Shown piece after piece: positions 58,802 to 64,000 of a stretch of 64,000 nt of DNA. How positions within the stretch are numbered: the first letter of the stretch is position 1; every line of letters starts with the position of its first letter. Below the pieces are notes generated by a model. It saw only the letters and a list, made by a program, of their open reading frames with translations, was not told the DNA's origin and did no database searches. This stretch comes from Saccostrea cucullata (Eukaryota). A program made the position numbers and the translations under genes. The stretch spans positions 186,001 to 250,000 of the forward strand of contig NW_026930709.1 in assembly GCF_032062105.1 (NCBI RefSeq). Reading direction: 5' to 3'.

Positions 58802-59188
58802 CCAGTCCCCAGGATCATGAAACTTCTTAAGCGTAAGTCAAAATATTCATTTTGTAAATTCATTTAATTTTTTTTTAAAGTTCGGAATATTATATCAGAG
58901 ACAATTTATTGATGATGTGCGAAACACTGTTTACTTTTTGATCTCGATCGGCCGATGCCGATGGTAAATGTTGTAGAACTTAAGAAGATAAAAATTAAAA
59001 GATGTTTCAATATTGATTCACAAAAGTTTTGTTATTTGCAAATCTTGAGGTTAATTCAATAATAAATGAAAATTTAACAGGTGCTTGAAAATTTGACTTA
59101 AATCTAAGTCTGTTTCATGATTCTGGGGCCTGGCCTTATGATCATGAAACATTTTAAGTCTAAGTCTGTTTCATGATCCAGGGTCCAG
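58802..59188. mobile_element. Degenerate inverted-repeat MITE(s)
   Basis: ccagtccccaggatcatgaaac ... gtttcatgattctggggcctgg, followed by a short second copy. Confidence 0.5.
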
Positions 59189-59228
59189 ATCGTCTGGCAA
59201 TCTGTTGAAAATGTAATAGCACAACTTA

Positions 59229-60555
59229 CGAGGGCTGTTCAATAAATGATGGCCTGAACCCTATGACTTTGACCTCTGGGTGTTGGTCTCCAGTTTTTCA
59301 TTGTTTTGTATTATACAACAAAGAAATCATATGACATTAAGCTTGACTTTCTCTCATGAATGAATCTTTAGTGAAATTTATAACAGTTTATATGGCCACT
59401 TTTCATCACACAGTTTCATTGTGAGAAACTGGAAAACGCGGCCTATTCGAGACACTGCATCAAATGGTAAAGAATTTGTAAACTAGTGTGAATTAAGCGC
59501 TTCATTTAAGCTGCTGTAAAACTTGTTAAAAATCCCAAAGAAATATTCACTGAAATATGTGAAATTTACAGCAACCAATGTCTGTTTTATAAACACATGA
59601 GGAGGTGGATTTCAATGAACAAAAATGGTATAATAATAGTATGGCTATCAAAATGGGTACCGTCATTGGCGATAAGGACTTACAACAACCAGTGCACCGT
59701 TTGCCAAATTCAACAAATTTTCATTGATGATGTTTGATTGACTTTAAGACACATAGCAAAATTGATAGGCATCACATCATTTTGGGAGTAGTTCATTTGA
59801 TTTTAAAGAGGCGTTTGACAATAAAAAAAGCTTAAACTCAATGGTCCTCCTATCTCTGAAAAATGAGTGAAAACGACAGCATGTGAGAATATCTAAACAA
59901 TTATTCCAAAAATCAGAAATTGTAGTTATCCATGTTTGTCTGAAATTCAAACAGATAATGAAACTTGGATCCATTGCTTGAAACCCTCAAAGCAAATTTA
60001 CAATAAGATGCACTTGACAAAAACAGCAAAGGTCTGAGAAGAGCAAAGAATTGCAAGAGCACAAGGACAGATTTATATGCCATTTTCTTAAATATCACTG
60101 GTCTTGTTGTTCAGATTCTTATTCGGGGAGGCAGTTCAATTTCTGGAGGAGTCTAGAAAGCAAAGATTTTGCATAAAAATCGGAAGGTTTACCAGAGAAA
60201 GGAACCAGAATCAGGGATCCACGACATTAAATTTCTTCACGACAGCGTCCAGACCAACACGCCTTGAAGAGTAAAGGAATTTCGGATATAAATAAAAAGT
60301 TGTTTTTTTTGTCACATCGACAATATTTGCCGAATCTCTCATTCTTTGACTTGTTTTATTTTCAAAACACCTTTCAGAAAGAAGAAACAAGTCCAGGATC
60401 TGCAATATCCCTGTAAAGGAAGGGCCATTAATTTTTTTTTATTTATTTTTAATTAAAAGAGAATATTTAAGTGAAATGATTATCACTAAATCACTGAAAA
60501 GCGTTTTTTGTTTCATTCCGAGCACAGAGTACATTACCAGTATTTATTGCCCTCG
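59229..60555 (+). mobile_element. Decayed mariner element (~1.3 kb)
   Basis: Termini ta-cgagggctgttcaataaat ... atttattgccctcg-ta; remnant FLHDS (LHDN motif) and a degenerate YSPDL..FDF-like region; length typical of mariner. Confidence 0.65.
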
Positions 60556-61378
60556 TATTAGTGATATTATATTCTTATGAAATGTAATTTATTCCAAATC
60601 TTCTAGATGAGAAGCAAATATTTCTCGCCATGTCACTCAATTATGTAGTTGACGTCTAATCGGGCTTTACCCCAAGCCCGTCTTATATCTTTACAATAAT
60701 GATAAAGAATTTTTAAAAATTCAATTGTTAGGAAGAAAATTGATTTTGTTCACTTTTTTATTTCTTTATTTCTATACAATATATGATTTGCATATTATAA
60801 TTATTTGGCAACCAGATATCAGATACTTACTTAGTACTTATTTTTTATTTTGGATTAAATTACATGTATTCTGAAAACGTAACATTATGTAACTTCGTGG
60901 TCCGTGTCACTGGAAAAAGCTTCCTTTTTTTTTAAATATGGAAGTCTAAAAAAAAATCAAATAATTTTACATCTGACTGACAATATAAAAAGCCCATTAT
61001 AAAAAAATATAAAAAGAAATAGAGTAATATTAATTTTGAAAATTCAGCGCTCTGACAGGTCATTTCACACTGACAATTAAAAACAATGCTTAAAGTAATA
61101 CCAATTATTTATTTAAAACAGAAATAACAAAGAAAATAAGAATCACAAAGTTAACGTATGTACATATATTTACAAATTACATTTACTACTGAGTATCATA
61201 TAAATATATAATACGTGTTGTCAAAGTTTGAAAAGTAACATACAGTAATAGGAAAATTAAAAATAAAAATAAAATAAAATACATATCTTATTATTCATAG
61301 AAAAGGGATATTATCGAGAAAATACAACGCCATAACGTAATTTAGCGAGGTAGTTCAATTTATATTATTTAGCGCTCA

Positions 61379-61652
61379 CGGTAGCTCAGACGGTAGAGCG
61401 CTCTTTTTTCGTGATATGGAGGCCGCGACTGACATAAGTCGTGTAGAAACGTGCGACCAGCACTTTGAAGTGAATGTTGCGGGTCCTTCGGATGAACCTT
61501 AAAAACCGAGCCCCCTTGTCACGGCAGGCGTTGGCACGATAAAGATCCCTCACTGCTAAATGGCCCTGAATGCCGAGTAAAGGTCAAAATTTGAAGCCCT
61601 TCACCAGCATTCATGAATGGAAGGTAAAACAACATACAAACAATCAATCAAT
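61379..61652 (+). mobile_element. Degenerate copy of the tRNA-derived SINE
   Basis: ggtagctcagacggtagagcg head; gggtccttcggatgaacc; gatccctcactgctaaatggcc; (caat)n tail. Confidence 0.7.
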
Positions 61653-63085
61653 TCACATTACCGTTACGTTGCTTATTTATGATTATAGTTTTATTCATGA
61701 CTCACAGTAGAATAAATTGGTTTATGAATAGAACTAAAATTGAGTAAATGGTGTTTAAAGGAAAGATTCTTGTCTGCGGGATGAATATTTGAAATATTCA
61801 AAGGATATTTTGCTTACCAGACTTGTTAAAAGATGTAAAATATTTGAAAAGTAAAATTGTTCTCGTCTACTAGTATTCATTTTTATACACTAACAGTTTG
61901 AAACAGAAATTGTAAACTGAGTTTGGGTCAAGCAGGGACTACATTTTTGACTGAATAAAGGCACATGAAATCATTCTGCCTCTCAAAATAAAACTAAACA
62001 ATGAATTATGCATTACATTTTAAACAATCAAAGATTTTAGAAGTTTCTGAATGTTACTCAGATTATAAGTTATAGAGTAACGTTTTAAGTTAATGAGATG
62101 AATATGTTTTCTAAAACAATTTGTTATCTTTTGAAAGCATCGATTCTGAGAACAGATATGAGCAAAAAATAAGAAAAAAATCTTCTCTCTAAATAAACGG
62201 TTAGAACTATTTCAATATCATTTTTGTATCTCAATATGATTACTTTAACATACTCTGTAAAAGTTCAAAAAAAAAAAAAAAAATAAATAAATATACGACG
62301 TATACCGGTATTTAAGAAATTAATATTTTGAAATATAAAAAAATAGAGGAAAATTTGATTAGCCAATATCTGTTTTAGTTAATTTTTTATGTTAATTTGG
62401 TACTATCGTCTGATATACATGTACCATTTAGGGTAACTTCAATTGATGCAAACATAATGACCTAGACCTGGCCTTGCTTCAAAAATAAAATCAAAACGAT
62501 TCAATGGAACCTCATTCATATTGTCGTCTTGAATATTTTAAAATGTCTTCATTTTTGAAATACGATTAGATATGAAAAGAATACCTCCTTAATATTAAAT
62601 CTAAAAGAAAATACATTTCCTATTGCTGAGCATGTGACAAATTCCAAACACTTGCATTTAACATAATGCGTATTATCAATGTAAACAAAAACACCATGTG
62701 AAAGAGTTTTGATCTCTTGCAATAAAATAAATAACTAGGAGTCCTAATAAGTTTCTTGAAGAATAAAGCTGTACGAAACGTGACCAGTCTGAAATTAAAT
62801 TTATGCTTGCCATTTTAAAAAAAGTAGTCGTAGAAACAAAATTGTACTGGGAGTATTTAAACTGTCCACTTACAGAACTCTCAGAACACTAAATATTCCA
62901 ATTTAGAGCAGGAATTTTAAGTATCTCTTATGAAAGATGGTTATCTTAACAATGATGACAATAATCACTTGATAGAGAGCACTATCAGTCAGATATAAGT
63001 ATTAATTAGTATAATATTTTACGCATAAGTTTGGGAATGCGTTGTGCTTGCATTTGAAGAGCTTATATGGGAAAATATACACATA

Positions 63086-64000
63086 CACTTACTCAAAAGT
63101 TAACGACCACCAACTTTGATAAGAAAATTAATTTTCAAAGTAAAAAAATATTTTTGATTGAATAAATTCAGATTTACTAGTCAACCAAATGATTATTTAT
63201 TATTTGTTTTTATGTTACATCAATATCTCCATTCAAATATTTGTAAAACCGTTTTCTTCAAGGTCACCAATGCGTGTTTTAACAATTCACTTTTCAATGC
63301 AGTCACATCTTTGTTTGCATGAGCTTAATTGATAGAAAAAAAATGTTATAAGTTCGTGCAATCATGCCTCGTCGAAAACTATCGCAACTGGAGTGGTAAG
63401 AACTGGAATGAAGTATAGGAGGGTTGGAGATCACTTACATGTCAGTCACACTGTAATTTTGCGTCTGGTACAGCGGTGGAGAAGAACTGGGGGTGTATAA
63501 GAAGCTACAAGATCTGAAAGACCCCGAAAGACTACAGAAAGTAAAGACAGACTTCTAAAACGAATAGCTAAACAGAGTCCTTTTGATACAGCAAACACGC
63601 TGAGAAGCAAATGGAACAAGCTGGAATCAGCAGAAGTACAGTTAACAGAAGGCTAAATAAGGAACGGATGAGATTATGTCGGCCAATAAAATATCCGCTC
63701 TTATCCCAGAGACACAAAGAAGCAAGATCACAATGGGCATAACAGCATAGGAGATGGAACAATTGGTTGTGGCAAAGAATATATACATTGGTCAGATGAA
63801 AACCGATTCTTGCTGCACCCGGTAGACGGCCTGGTTCGGGTATGGAGACACCCAAATTCTGCATACAAACAACAACAACAACAACATGTGTTGGGAACAA
63901 AGGCGTTTTGTGGAGGCGGATCAAAAGTTTGGGGATGTTGCTATTTGTGGTGTAAACTGGAAATACATGTACACATACTTGATGGCACCTTAACTGCTCA
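63086..64000 (+). mobile_element. Tc1-like element with a pseudogenised transposase (from ~63364), running off the window
   Basis: Remnants RPRKTTE, SRSTVNRRL, PLLSQRHKEARSQWA, HWSDENRFLLHPVDGLVRVWR, GGGSKVWG and LDGTLTA, with stops. Candidate left TIR ta-cacttactcaaaagttaacgaccac. Confidence 0.8.

Overview
AT-rich, intron-rich animal genomic DNA, most likely an oyster or other bivalve. That assignment is inferred from Cg170-like ~166-bp satellite cassettes inside Helentron-type (HINE) elements and from Deu/Nin-domain SINEs. Five host genes could be spliced together by hand: FUOM (+), STX18 (-), TM2D2 (+, head-to-head with STX18), ACTR1/Arp1 (-) and an NHL-repeat protein (+). The main feature is a three-level nested mobile structure between TM2D2 and ACTR1. 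A HINE-like element is split by a 12.6-kb CACTA-terminated foldback element (3-bp TSD CTT, ~2.9-kb TIRs built from ~1-kb tandem units). That foldback element carries a 4.8-kb TTAA-flanked Kolobok-type transposon. Its 10-exon gene encodes a ~919-aa DDE transposase fused to a DEDDh exonuclease with a PML-C-terminal-like tail, broken only by one 1-nt frameshift. The rest of the window holds MITEs, HINEs, SINEs, minisatellites and decayed Harbinger, mariner, Tc1 and Penelope-like elements. All calls come from reading the sequence by eye; no searches were run.
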